NCBI GenBank assembly: GCA_963755165.1
Contig: CAVWIT010000002.1
Location: 799,730-863,729, forward strand
Length of the DNA stretch: 64,000 nucleotides
Source: an uncultured Solirubrobacterales bacterium
Lineage (GTDB): Bacteria; Actinomycetota; Thermoleophilia; Solirubrobacterales; Solirubrobacteraceae
Reading direction: 5' to 3'
Shown: positions 54,556 to 63,404 of the stretch, one piece after another
Layout: each line of letters starts with the position of its first letter
How positions within the stretch are numbered: position 1 is the first letter of the stretch
Position numbers and translations under genes: made by a program
The notes under the pieces: model-generated
Database searches by the model: none
What the model saw: only the letters and a program-made list of their open reading frames with translations
Told to the model about the DNA's origin: nothing

Positions 54556-55583
54556 GAAGCTCCCTTCTCGACTGGTTCGGTGGATGCGTTGCGTACGGTG
54601 AACGGCAGCTCGACGACCTGTGCGCTCACGCCGTTCTCGCCCACGCTCACGCTCGTCCCGGGCCCGGCCTCGCGGCGCACGAGCCCCAGGCCGATCGGAC
54701 CGTACGTGGGGGAGATCACCGAACTGCTCAGGTGTCCGACCGCGCGTTCGCCCAGGTGCAGCTCCGCGCCTGCGGGCGCCGGCTCGGACAGACGTAGGCC
54801 GCGCAGGTGGCGGTTGGGCTTGCCCTTGTAGTACAGCCGCGCGACCGTCTCCTGGCCCACGTAGCAGCCCTTCGTAAAGCTCACAGCGCGCTCGTTCAGG
54901 CCCGCCTCCTGCGGGATCACGCTGCTGTCGAGGTCCACCCCATAGCGCGGACGGCCGCGCTCGACGCGCACGATCTCCGCCGCCTGCTCGGAGACGGGCA
55001 TGGCGCCGCGTTCGCCCAGCGTCTGCGCAAGCTCGTCTGTGTCGGCGGCGTCGCAGATGAGATCCACGCCGGTGTCGGTGCGCGCGGCGATCGCCGCGAT
55101 GCCCTCGATCTCCACGAGCGCGTTCGCGTGCTCGGCATCTGGAAGCTCTTCGGCGTGAACGATGCGTACCGCGTAGGGACCGATCAGCGAGAGCAGCCCG
55201 CGCTCGACCGTGCGCTTGTGCAGTTGCAGCTCGTACCCGATCTTGAACCGGCGAATCATGTCGAACAGCGCCTGCAGCGCCACGCGCTCGGTGTCGAGCA
55301 GCAGCTCGTCGCCAACGTCCACCACGCGCAGGTCGCCGAGCATCTGGCCCTTGTGGGTGAGGAACGCGGCGTAACAACCGCTTCCGGCATTCAGCGCCTC
55401 GATGTCGTTGGTTACCTGACCGGCGAGAAACCCCTTCGCCTCGGGGCCGCTCAGCGCGAGCTTGCCCCGCTCGGAGCGGTCGATCAGGCCGCAGCCCTCG
55501 GTCAGCGTCTTGTACTCGACGCCGAGACGGTCCGTGTCGGTGCGGGTGGCGGCCACTCCTTCGAGGATAGCCCGCGCCTGCAG
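54552..55583 (-). CDS. ygfZ: YgfZ/GcvT-family folate-binding protein
   Basis: ...EGCGLIDRSERGKLALSGPEAKGFLAGQVTNDI... is the aminomethyltransferase-like fold. There is no in-frame ATG near the N-terminus, so the start is tentatively CTG 55583. Confidence 0.7.
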   Translation of the reverse strand: MQARAILEGVAATRTDTDRLGVEYKTLTEGCGLIDRSERGKLALSGPEAKGFLAGQVTNDIEALNAGSGCYAAFLTHKGQMLGDLRVVDVGDELLLDTERVALQALFDMIRRFKIGYELQLHKRTVERGLLSLIGPYAVRIVHAEELPDAEHANALVEIEGIAAIAARTDTGVDLICDAADTDELAQTLGERGAMPVSEQAAEIVRVERGRPRYGVDLDSSVIPQEAGLNERAVSFTKGCYVGQETVARLYYKGKPNRHLRGLRLSEPAPAGAELHLGERAVGHLSSSVISPTYGPIGLGLVRREAGPGTSVSVGENGVSAQVVELPFTVRNASTEPVEKGAS

Positions 55584-55662
55584 ACCCCCGGCCTTGGCGC
55601 CGCGCCGGCCGCCGAGATGGCGTGTCAGACCGGCGGGTGCGGACCGGCTACCCTTCCCGGCG

Positions 55663-56025
55663 ATGGGCTTGGCCGACGACTTCCAGATGGTGGTGGACTC
55701 GCTTCCAGACGACTGGACCGATCTCGAGCTCGACCTGCGCATCGCCGATGAGTCGCGCTATGTCGAAGCGGCCGTCTACCTCGTCGTTTGCAACGCGCGC
55801 CCCTACTCCCACAACGACTGGCACTGGCGGCTGCTCGTTGCCCACCGTTTCGGGCACGCGGCCTCGGCTCCGACCGTGCACGGCACGCTGGCTTTGCTCG
55901 ACGACGCGGGGATCGATGGGGAGCTCGCCGTCCGCGAGCTGCGCTCCGGCCGCGCCGAGGTTATGCAGATGTGGGGCCGTCCACAGTCCGCGCGCGAAGA
56001 GTTTCAGCGCCTGCGCGCGCAGTAG
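55663..56025 (+). CDS. Hypothetical 120-aa cytosolic protein
   Basis: ATG 55663. MGLADDFQMVVDSLPDDWTDLELDLRIADESRYVEAAVYLVVCNARPYSHNDWHWRLLVAHRFGH.... Divergent from ygfZ. No family recognised. Confidence 0.55.
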   Translation: MGLADDFQMVVDSLPDDWTDLELDLRIADESRYVEAAVYLVVCNARPYSHNDWHWRLLVAHRFGHAASAPTVHGTLALLDDAGIDGELAVRELRSGRAEVMQMWGRPQSAREEFQRLRAQ

Positions 56026-56036
56026 GCGGACGCTTC

Positions 56037-56408
56037 GTGTCGCGCGTAGTCGCGCTGATCCCCGACCTGTTGTTCGGCTCGCGTGTGCAGGGCGATCTCA
56101 CTGCGGCAGGCAACGAAGTCGAGCTGATAGGAGACGAGGTGCGACTGCGGGCACGACTTGCAGAGACCGGCAAGCTCGCGGCGGGCGTGCTGGTGGTGGA
56201 TCTGACAGATGTGCAGCTCGCCGGCGCGGCCATCGTCGAGACGCTTTCAGTCGAAGGCGCGCTGGGTTCCCTCAGGACGCTTGGTTTCTACTCGCACGTG
56301 GATGTGTCTGCGCGGGAACGCGCCGAGCAGGCTGGATTCGACCTCGTGGTGCCGCGTTCGCGCATGGCCCGTGAGGGCGCCGAGCTCGTCAGGCGCTTGG
56401 CGGACTGA
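56037..56408 (+). CDS. Hypothetical 123-aa protein (alternating beta-alpha, receiver-like pattern)
   Basis: GTG 56037, 11 nt after the previous stop. VSRVVALIPDLLFGSRVQGDL...GVLVVDLTD...GFYSHVD...DLVVPRS. No family recognised. Confidence 0.5.
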   Translation: MSRVVALIPDLLFGSRVQGDLTAAGNEVELIGDEVRLRARLAETGKLAAGVLVVDLTDVQLAGAAIVETLSVEGALGSLRTLGFYSHVDVSARERAEQAGFDLVVPRSRMAREGAELVRRLAD

Positions 56409-56640
56409 CGTCAGACGTCGGTTTTTGCGACCGCGGAGGAAGCTCGGTGTAGCGCTCGGGAATACCAAGGCCGGGGAACATCACGCGAAAGACGCAGAGC
56501 ATTGTCAGAAAGTACGCGACGCCGTAGTACCAGTCGATTCCGGCGTGCATACCTGCGAGGGCTATGTCGGCGAGCACGTTCATCACGCTGACACAGACGA
56601 GCATCACCCCAAAAAGCTTTAGTCGCTCGATACTCCACAT
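56389..56640 (-). CDS. Small 2-TM membrane protein (83 aa) in low-GC islet
   Basis: MWSIERLKLFGVMLVCVSVMNVLADIALAG...YYGVAYFLTMLCVFRVMF. The ATG lies 2 nt after the upstream ORF's stop. The 3' end overlaps the convergent gene by 20 nt. Confidence 0.5.
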   Translation of the reverse strand: MWSIERLKLFGVMLVCVSVMNVLADIALAGMHAGIDWYYGVAYFLTMLCVFRVMFPGLGIPERYTELPPRSQKPTSDVSPPSA

Positions 56641-56642
56641 AT

Positions 56643-56915
56643 CTACTTACCTATAGCTTCGACGAGACCTATAACTTCGACAAGCAAGTACACCAAGAAC
56701 ACTAGCAGACAACCAGCTACACCGCCTATTGTGGCACCCAAGGCGATGTCTTCACATGATCGACGCCATGTCGATGCTTTCCCCACGAACACGCCTATTG
56801 CAGCTCCTCCGATCGATGCCACTGCACCAAACACGGCAAGTAGATCGGGCAACGAGGGGACTGTTGCGACAACCTCGAGCACGCCGCCGATACTGAACGA
56901 CCATGTGTGACACAT
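56643..56915 (-). CDS. Small 2-TM glycine-zipper-like membrane protein (90 aa) in low-GC islet
   Basis: Contains ...LLAVFGAVASIGGAAIGVFVG... and ...ALGATIGGVAGCLLVFLVYLLV (GxxxG-rich helices). The start codon lies inside a perfect palindrome. Confidence 0.5.
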   Translation of the reverse strand: MCHTWSFSIGGVLEVVATVPSLPDLLAVFGAVASIGGAAIGVFVGKASTWRRSCEDIALGATIGGVAGCLLVFLVYLLVEVIGLVEAIGK

Positions 56916-56927
56916 GGGTCACACATG
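56902..56927. promoter_or_regulatory. Perfect 10-bp inverted repeat CATGTGTGAC-N6-GTCACACATG enclosing the start codon of the 90-aa ORF
   Basis: Arms at 56902-56911 and 56918-56927. The ORF's ATG (56915-56913, minus strand) lies in the 6-nt spacer. Confidence 0.6.
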
Positions 56928-56984
56928 TGCCAACTTTGTGATGAGGGAGCGACAATTTTCCTGACTTCCGGCCTCTCCACGGAC

Positions 56985-57602
56985 TCAGCTCGCCTGCGTA
57001 GCCGCTCCACCACCGGTATCTATCTCAGTGGCAAGAGCCGGGTCGAGCGGCACGAGCGCGCCGTTCGGCACCCGCTGTCCATGCGGCAGCCAGTGTCCGG
57101 CCCGCACCGACAGGGCGGCGCGGATGACCATGCCGTGGCAGACCACCAACGCTGGCAGGACACCGGCTTCGATGTCGTCCAGCGCCGCGTCCACGCGCTC
57201 CTCCTGCTGTGCGAACGACTCCCCGCCGGGAAACGCGAACGTTGGATCGCCCGCTACGAACTTGGCGAACAGCTCGGGGGCTTGCGCCTGCACCTCGCTG
57301 AACGACCTGTCCGTCCAATTGCCCGCGTTCGTCTCCTCAAGCCGCGCGTCTTCTTTGAGCTCGAGCCCGATCCTGGCCGAGACGATCTTCGCCGTTTCCC
57401 GTGCGCGCAGCAGTGTGCTGGACCACAACGCCGCGAACCCATGCGCGGCGGCACGCTCGGCCAGTTCGCCGGCCTGCATGCGGCCCGTCTCGTCGAGCGA
57501 CACCGGCAGCTGGCCTTGGAACCGGCCCTCGAGGTTGTAGGCGGTCTGCCCGTGACGGGCGAGGTACACGCCTCTGCCCGTCCCCGGCGCCCGCTCGGAC
57601 AT
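56985..57602 (-). CDS. Histidine phosphatase family protein (phosphoglycerate-mutase-like)
   Basis: 205 aa. RHG motif VYLARHGQTAYN. Sits 7 nt downstream of the aquaporin gene. Confidence 0.85.
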   Translation of the reverse strand: MSERAPGTGRGVYLARHGQTAYNLEGRFQGQLPVSLDETGRMQAGELAERAAAHGFAALWSSTLLRARETAKIVSARIGLELKEDARLEETNAGNWTDRSFSEVQAQAPELFAKFVAGDPTFAFPGGESFAQQEERVDAALDDIEAGVLPALVVCHGMVIRAALSVRAGHWLPHGQRVPNGALVPLDPALATEIDTGGGAATQAS

Positions 57603-57609
57603 GGTCCTC

Positions 57610-58359
57610 TCAGCTGGGCTCGCTGGCGCGGGGCTCCAATACCCCGCTCTTGGCGGACCCGACGTCTTCGAGCTTCTTGGCCGGGCGCAAGTACAACAGC
57701 TCGTACATCACCGCCGCCACGGTCGCCCCGACGATCGGACCGACGTACCACACCCAGCCATTGGCCCAGTGGTCACCAACGAGCTGCGGCCCGAACGCGC
57801 GCGCCGGGTTCATCGCTGCGCCTGTGAACGGCCCGCCGAAGAGGATGTCGATCGTGATCGTCAGCCCGATCGCCAGTCCCGCGATCGACTTAAACGTGCC
57901 GCGTGGATCGACCGCGCTGGCGATCACGACCCACGCCAAGAAGAACGTCAGGATTGCCTCCAGCCCGAATCCCGAGGCCGCGTCTACGCCGTTGCCGAGC
58001 GCGGGCACGCCGAGGTTCACCGCTTCGGTGGTCCCCCGCGGCAGCAGGTCCTGCACGAGCAGCGCCGCGAGCGCCGCACCAGCCAGCTGTGCCACCCAGT
58101 AGATGCCGGCGAGCGCGGGCTTGATCCGTTTCGTGACGAGCAGACCGAACGTGATCGACGGGTTGAAGTGCGCGCCGGATATGTGCCCGAGCGCCGAGAC
58201 CATTACGCCGATCGCCAGCCCGTGGGCGATGGCCACGCCGATCAGCGACGGGTCGTGGATCGTGTTCGCGGCCACGATCGAGCCGACGCCGATGAAGATC
58301 AGCGTGAACGTGCCGACGAACTCGGCGACCGCGCGGCGCAGGGCATCCTCGGCGAACAT
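57610..58359 (-). CDS. MIP-family channel (aquaporin/glycerol facilitator)
   Basis: 249 aa. First loop is SGAHFNPSITF (NPS instead of NPA); second is GAAMNPARAFGP. Confidence 0.9.
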   Translation of the reverse strand: MFAEDALRRAVAEFVGTFTLIFIGVGSIVAANTIHDPSLIGVAIAHGLAIGVMVSALGHISGAHFNPSITFGLLVTKRIKPALAGIYWVAQLAGAALAALLVQDLLPRGTTEAVNLGVPALGNGVDAASGFGLEAILTFFLAWVVIASAVDPRGTFKSIAGLAIGLTITIDILFGGPFTGAAMNPARAFGPQLVGDHWANGWVWYVGPIVGATVAAVMYELLYLRPAKKLEDVGSAKSGVLEPRASEPS

Positions 58360-58416
58360 GCCGTGAACTTACGATCCGGGTCGGACGGACCCCACGGTGG
58401 TCATACACTCCGGAGA

Positions 58417-60660
58417 GTGCGCCGCAGAGTCACCTTCTCGCGCAACCTGACGCTGTCGTTGTCGCGGACGTGCCGCTGCTACTGCAAGTACTGCGCGTTC
58501 GCCACCCATCGTGCGCACTTGTACGCGCCCGAGGAGGTGCTCGAGATCCTCGACGGCGCCATGCGGCGCAATGTCAAGGAGCTGCTGATGCTCACGGGCG
58601 AGCGTCCCGAGGTCAACCCCGGGGTGGCCGCGCGACTGCGCGAGTACGGGCACGAGGACTTCACTGCATACGTGGTCTGGACCTGCGAACGGGCGCTTGA
58701 GCGGGGCCTGTTGCCGCACACTAACCTGGGCGTGCTCTCGCGCGAGGATCTGGCGCGCCTGCGAGAGGTGACGGCCTCGCAGGGGTTGATGCTCGAGTCG
58801 GTCTCCGAGCGCTTGATGGAGACGGTGCACGCGGGCTCACCCACCAAGCACCCGGCCAGGCGTTTGGAGACGGTCCGCGCGGCGGGCGAGCTGCGAATTC
58901 CGTTCACGAGCGGCATCCTCGTCGGCATCGGCGAGACCGAGGAGGAGCGCGTGGCCTCGCTGGAGGCGATCGCCGCGCTGCACGAGCGCCACGGGCACAT
59001 CCAGGAGGTGATCCTGCAGAACTTCGTGCCCCACCAGCGCTACTACGGAGAAGAGCCCGCCGAGATCGCAGACGCGGCAGCGCGCGAGTACTGGCGCACC
59101 GGCCTCGCCGAGGGGCGCCCCGCGCTGCCGCTCCCCGAGTGGGCGTGTCCGGTCGGGATCGAGGACATGAAGCGGCTGATCGCGGAGACCAAGCGGCTGA
59201 TGCCCGACGTGGGCATCCAGGTGCCGCCCAACCTCGCGGACTGGTGGGGCGAGCTCGTCGCCGCCGGCGCCACCGACCTCGGCGGTCTCTCGGCCAACGG
59301 CGATCACATCTCCCCCGAGCACCCCTTCCCCTCGCCCCACCAGATGCGCAAGGAGCTCCAGCGCGACGGCATCGCGCTCACCGAGCGCCTGTGCGTCTAC
59401 CCGCGCTACATCGACCCCGAGTGGATCTCGCGCGGCGTGATGGACACGATCAAGGCGAGGTACTGGAGCTTCATCCCCAGGCGCGGATCTGGAGGCCCAC
59501 CCACCCGCACCGAGCCGGCCACGCCGATCGCCCCGAGCCTGGTGCCGGGCGCGATCGAGCGCGGCCGCGCGGGCATCGCGCTGACCCCGCAGGAGCTCAC
59601 GGCGATGTTCGCCGAGACGCGTCCCGAGGCGATCGAGGACATGCGCCAGGCCGCCGACGAGCTGCGCGCCGAGCTCGTCGGGGAGACGGTGACGTTCGTG
59701 GTCAACCGCAACATCAACATCTCCAACGTCTGCACCGTGGGCTGTGCTTTCTGCGGCTTCGGCCAGGGCAAGCGCTCGCCGGACGCCTACGAACACGATG
59801 AGCGCGAGTTCGTGGCGCGCATCCACGACGCGCTCGAGTTCGGCGCTACCGAGCTGTGCATCCAGTCGGGCATCCATCCCGACTGGCAGCTGGAGGACTA
59901 CCTGGGCTGGCTGAGGCTTGCCAAGACGACCGCGCGCGAAGCCGGGGCCGACCTCCACCTGCACGCCTACAGCCCGATGGAGATCGCGCACATGTGCGAC
60001 ATCTCGGGCCTGCCGCCTGCCGAGGTCTTCGCGCGCCTGAAGGATGCCGGACTCGGATCGACGCCGGGGACGGCCGCCGAGGTGCTGGATGACGGCGTAC
60101 GCGAACGGATCAGCCCGAACAAGCTGCCGGTGGCGCGCTGGGTGGAGATCATCAAGGCATCCCACAACGCCGGGCTGAAATCGACGGCGACGGTCATGTT
60201 CGGCCACATCGAGGAGCCGTGGGAGCTCGCCGAGCACATGCGCGTCATCCGCGAGCTTCAGGAACGCACCGGCGGGATCACTGAGTTCGTGCCGCTGTCG
60301 TTCATCCCTTTCCAGACGCTGCTCGGGCGCACGCACGGGGTGGAGGAGATCTCGCGCGAGGAGAATCTCAAGCACACCGCCGTCTTTCGCCTGGCGCTCG
60401 GACGTACCGTGGCGAGCCTGCAGGCTAGCTGGGTGAAGATGGGCCTGGACGCTGCCACCGAGTCGCTGCGCTGGGGTGTTAACGACCTCGGGGGGACGCT
60501 GATGGAGGAGTCGATCAGTCGTCTCGCGGGCAGCTACCACGGCACGCGTCTTGAGCCCGAGCAGCTCATCGCCGCCGCGCATGAGGCGGGGCGGCCCGCA
60601 GCCGAGCGCACGACGCTGTACGAGATCAGGCTCCGCTACGAGATGCCGGTAGCCGTCTAG
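58417..60660 (+). CDS. fbiC: FO synthase, fused CofG/CofH (FbiC), two radical-SAM domains
   Basis: GTG 58417. First CxxxCxxC is CRCYCKYC and the second is CTVGCAFCGF. The first 272 codons of the track ORF are antisense to the aquaporin gene. Confidence 0.85.
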   Translation: MRRRVTFSRNLTLSLSRTCRCYCKYCAFATHRAHLYAPEEVLEILDGAMRRNVKELLMLTGERPEVNPGVAARLREYGHEDFTAYVVWTCERALERGLLPHTNLGVLSREDLARLREVTASQGLMLESVSERLMETVHAGSPTKHPARRLETVRAAGELRIPFTSGILVGIGETEEERVASLEAIAALHERHGHIQEVILQNFVPHQRYYGEEPAEIADAAAREYWRTGLAEGRPALPLPEWACPVGIEDMKRLIAETKRLMPDVGIQVPPNLADWWGELVAAGATDLGGLSANGDHISPEHPFPSPHQMRKELQRDGIALTERLCVYPRYIDPEWISRGVMDTIKARYWSFIPRRGSGGPPTRTEPATPIAPSLVPGAIERGRAGIALTPQELTAMFAETRPEAIEDMRQAADELRAELVGETVTFVVNRNINISNVCTVGCAFCGFGQGKRSPDAYEHDEREFVARIHDALEFGATELCIQSGIHPDWQLEDYLGWLRLAKTTAREAGADLHLHAYSPMEIAHMCDISGLPPAEVFARLKDAGLGSTPGTAAEVLDDGVRERISPNKLPVARWVEIIKASHNAGLKSTATVMFGHIEEPWELAEHMRVIRELQERTGGITEFVPLSFIPFQTLLGRTHGVEEISREENLKHTAVFRLALGRTVASLQASWVKMGLDAATESLRWGVNDLGGTLMEESISRLAGSYHGTRLEPEQLIAAAHEAGRPAAERTTLYEIRLRYEMPVAV

Positions 60661-61433
60661 CGGAACAGGTCCTCATCCAGCACTCGCACCAGCGCCACAG
60701 CGCCCGGCCCGTCCTCGGGCGTGACGAACCGCTCCAGGCCGTCGATCACGACGACGGGCTCGCGCGAGTCCTTGGCGCGCGCCAGGTCCGTGGCTGCGGC
60801 TGCGGCGTCGGCGACCGCCAGCCAGGTCGCGTGCAGTCGCAGCCCCGTCGCGTCGGTCCGCCCGCGCCAGTCGTCCAGCGGCGTCATCCCGGCGCAGCCG
60901 ATCGCCACGTCGCACTGCCCGTGACGCCACGCGCGCCCGAAGCTGTCGGTGATCAGCACGGCGACCGTTGCGCCGGTCAGCTCGCGCAGACGGGCGCGCA
61001 GCGCGCGCGCGGAGGCGTCCGGATCGCGAGGGAGCGTCACCAATGTCTCGACCCCACCGTCGCCGGACGCGTTGGAGGCGTCCACTCCCGCGTTGGCGCA
61101 TACGTAGCCGTGGTGTGTGCGGCAGATCAGCACGTCGCGCTCGGCGCGCACGATCTCGGCGGACTCATCGAGCACGACCTGGATCGCGCGCGGGTCCTTG
61201 CCTTGCGCCGCCGCCAGCTCGCACGCGCGCGGGCTCGGACGGACGTCGGCCAGTGCGATCACTGACCCCTCGGACTTGGAGACGACCTTGTGAGCGACTG
61301 CCACGATCTGGCCGTCTTCGAGGACGATCCCGGGACTGGTGGTTTCGAGCGCCGCGACGATCAGCGCCGCCAGATCATCGCCGAGGCGTATCTCGGGCAG
61401 GTCGCCGAGGGCGCGGGCGCTGAGGTGAGTCAC
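60657..61433 (-). CDS. cofE: Coenzyme F420:L-glutamate ligase, stand-alone CofE-type (no FbiB C-terminal domain)
   Basis: 258 aa. ...VAVAHKVVSKSEG..., ...VLITDSFGRAWRHGQ.... The 3' end overlaps the fbiC stop by 4 nt (convergent). Confidence 0.8.
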   Translation of the reverse strand: MTHLSARALGDLPEIRLGDDLAALIVAALETTSPGIVLEDGQIVAVAHKVVSKSEGSVIALADVRPSPRACELAAAQGKDPRAIQVVLDESAEIVRAERDVLICRTHHGYVCANAGVDASNASGDGGVETLVTLPRDPDASARALRARLRELTGATVAVLITDSFGRAWRHGQCDVAIGCAGMTPLDDWRGRTDATGLRLHATWLAVADAAAAATDLARAKDSREPVVVIDGLERFVTPEDGPGAVALVRVLDEDLFR

Positions 61434-61438
61434 GACGC

Positions 61439-62164
61439 TCAGCCCGCGCCCGCGGCGACGCCCATCCCGGAATCGGCGATCGTAGGGGTGTCGGCGCCCG
61501 CGGACAGTCTGAGCACGGCGCGGGTGCGCGGGGCTCGCATATGCTCGCCCGCCAGACGCTCACGCAGCGCGGCGAGGTCATCGCCCGTGTCGATGTCGAG
61601 CAGCAGCGACGTGAGGCGCTCGATCTGGCAGTCCGCGCCGGCCTCATGCGTCAACGCACGATGACGCTCGAAACTGCCGGGGCCGAAGCTGGGAGCGATC
61701 GCGTCGGGAGGACACAGCAGCAGTCCGTTGGTGCCGGTCCCGTGCCGGTCGGGGATGATCGTTACCTCGGGACGGTGGCCGCTGCCGCCGCCGCCGGCGG
61801 ATGTGTCCAGCAGCGCGTCGAGCTCCGCCGGGTCCACCCCGGGACAGTCGCCGGGAATGCACAGCACGCGCTCGAATCCCTCGGCAATCGCCGCCTCGAC
61901 GCCAAGTGCGGCCGCCGCGCTCTGGCCCTCCTCGGCCGCGTCCGTTACGACCAGCGCACCCAGGTAGGACGCAGCCACGGCGACCGAGTCCTCGCCCGTT
62001 ACGACGATCGTGCGCTCGATCGAAGCTGTCTGACCGAGAGCCGTGAGCACGTCGCCGACCATCGCCTGCGCCACGTCGCCCCGCAACGGGTCGGCGATGC
62101 TCGCGCCCAGGCGCGACTTGGCCCGCGCGAAGCGCTTGACTGGCAGGATCGCGGCGGTGCGCAC
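61439..62164 (-). CDS. cofC: 2-phospho-L-lactate/PEP guanylyltransferase (CofC/FbiD)
   Basis: 241 aa. N-terminus MRTAAILPVKRFARAKSRLG and ...DCPGVDP... are typical of CofC. Confidence 0.8.
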   Translation of the reverse strand: MRTAAILPVKRFARAKSRLGASIADPLRGDVAQAMVGDVLTALGQTASIERTIVVTGEDSVAVAASYLGALVVTDAAEEGQSAAAALGVEAAIAEGFERVLCIPGDCPGVDPAELDALLDTSAGGGGSGHRPEVTIIPDRHGTGTNGLLLCPPDAIAPSFGPGSFERHRALTHEAGADCQIERLTSLLLDIDTGDDLAALRERLAGEHMRAPRTRAVLRLSAGADTPTIADSGMGVAAGAG

Positions 62165-62265
62165 GCCCAGAGCGTACCTGCCCCTGGGCCTTTCCAGGCA
62201 CCGGCTGATACACGACCGGACGCGCCGGTGGCGGAAGAGCTCCTACCTTGGCGGTGGAGCCTCTC

Positions 62266-63357
62266 CTACCATTCGAGCAGCATCACACCCACGGTCACGC
62301 CCGGCCCGATCGTCACCATCAGCCCGCGCTCGCCCGGCTCGGGCTCGCAACGCTCGATCGTGTTCTGGAGCACGTAGAAGATCGAGGGCGTGCCGACGTT
62401 GCCGTACTCGGCCAGCGTGTCCCAGCTGGTGGCGACGTCCTCGCGAGAGAGCTCGAGCGCGCTCTGAATATTCTCGATGATGCGCCTGCCGCCCGGATGG
62501 ACGATCCAATGATCGATCCCCGAGCGCTCGAGGCCGTTGGCGCGCAGGAATCGATCTACCACCTCGCACAGGCCGGCGCTGGCGAGGTCGGGCAGCTCGC
62601 GCGCTATATGCAGGTAGCTGTCCTCGCCGGCGAGATCGAGGCTGACGGCGCCGAGCGTGGCGCCGATCTGATGCACCTGTGAGGCGAGAATAGCCGGGCC
62701 GTCGGTGCGGGTATGCCTGGAGAGCAGCACGGCGGCGCAGCCGTCACCGAAGAGGGCCGAGCCGACGGTCTTGGCCTTCGGGTCGTGCGGCGTAGCACGC
62801 GTGAGGATGCTGCTCATGCTCTCGGCGGCTACCAGCAGCGTGTGCTTGTTGGGCTGCTCGTGCAGCGTCTGGCGGGCCAGCCTCATCAGCGGCACGCCGC
62901 TCGCGCAGGCGACTGCGGTGATGTGGTACTTGTCGGTCGTGGGGTCCATGCCGTAGTGATCGACCAGGCGGTGGGCGAGACTGGGGACGCCGAGCGAGTA
63001 CAGGCTGGCGCTGATGACCGTGCCGACCTCCTGCGGGTCGATGGCGAGCGCGTCGACGGCTCTGATCGAGTGCAGGAGCAGCTCGTGCTCGACCTGGCTG
63101 GTGCGATCCTGCAGCGAACGCGCCAGAAACTGGCTGTCGAGGTTGAGGTGGCGGCGCTTCACGCCGCAGCGCTCGAAGATGCCCTCGGCGAAATCGTTCC
63201 CGGCCAATCCCAGGCGCTCGAGGACCTGCTGCTGGGAGAGAACGGTCTCCGAGTCGGAGACCGTTAGACCGCCGATCCGCGGACCGGTGCGGCGGGATGC
63301 GGTCACGTGGTCCCGCAAATCCGCGGTCGAGCTCCAGTCGGCGAGGGTGTTGGGCAC
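62266..63357 (-). CDS. Type III polyketide synthase (chalcone-synthase superfamily)
   Basis: 363 aa. GTG start with AGGAG plus 8 nt. Catalytic Cys (VACASGV), His (VHPGGRRI) and Asn (EYGNVGTPS). Confidence 0.85.
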   Translation of the reverse strand: MPNTLADWSSTADLRDHVTASRRTGPRIGGLTVSDSETVLSQQQVLERLGLAGNDFAEGIFERCGVKRRHLNLDSQFLARSLQDRTSQVEHELLLHSIRAVDALAIDPQEVGTVISASLYSLGVPSLAHRLVDHYGMDPTTDKYHITAVACASGVPLMRLARQTLHEQPNKHTLLVAAESMSSILTRATPHDPKAKTVGSALFGDGCAAVLLSRHTRTDGPAILASQVHQIGATLGAVSLDLAGEDSYLHIARELPDLASAGLCEVVDRFLRANGLERSGIDHWIVHPGGRRIIENIQSALELSREDVATSWDTLAEYGNVGTPSIFYVLQNTIERCEPEPGERGLMVTIGPGVTVGVMLLEW

Positions 63358-63404
63358 GGTGGAGACTCCTGGCTCTGTTCGTCGAGGTGGGCGTGGGGCG
63401 AGTC

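Noticed and set aside
54556-55377. N-terminal 274 codons of the 794-aa ORF over the MFS gene. Similarly 57601-58416 for fbiC, 41049-41204 for mcl and 26999-27130 for the DUF255 gene.
   Set aside because: These extensions overlap neighbouring genes with clear motifs and are Arg/Gly/Pro-rich. Internal starts give canonical N-termini, and where checked also an RBS or a start/stop-coupled junction.
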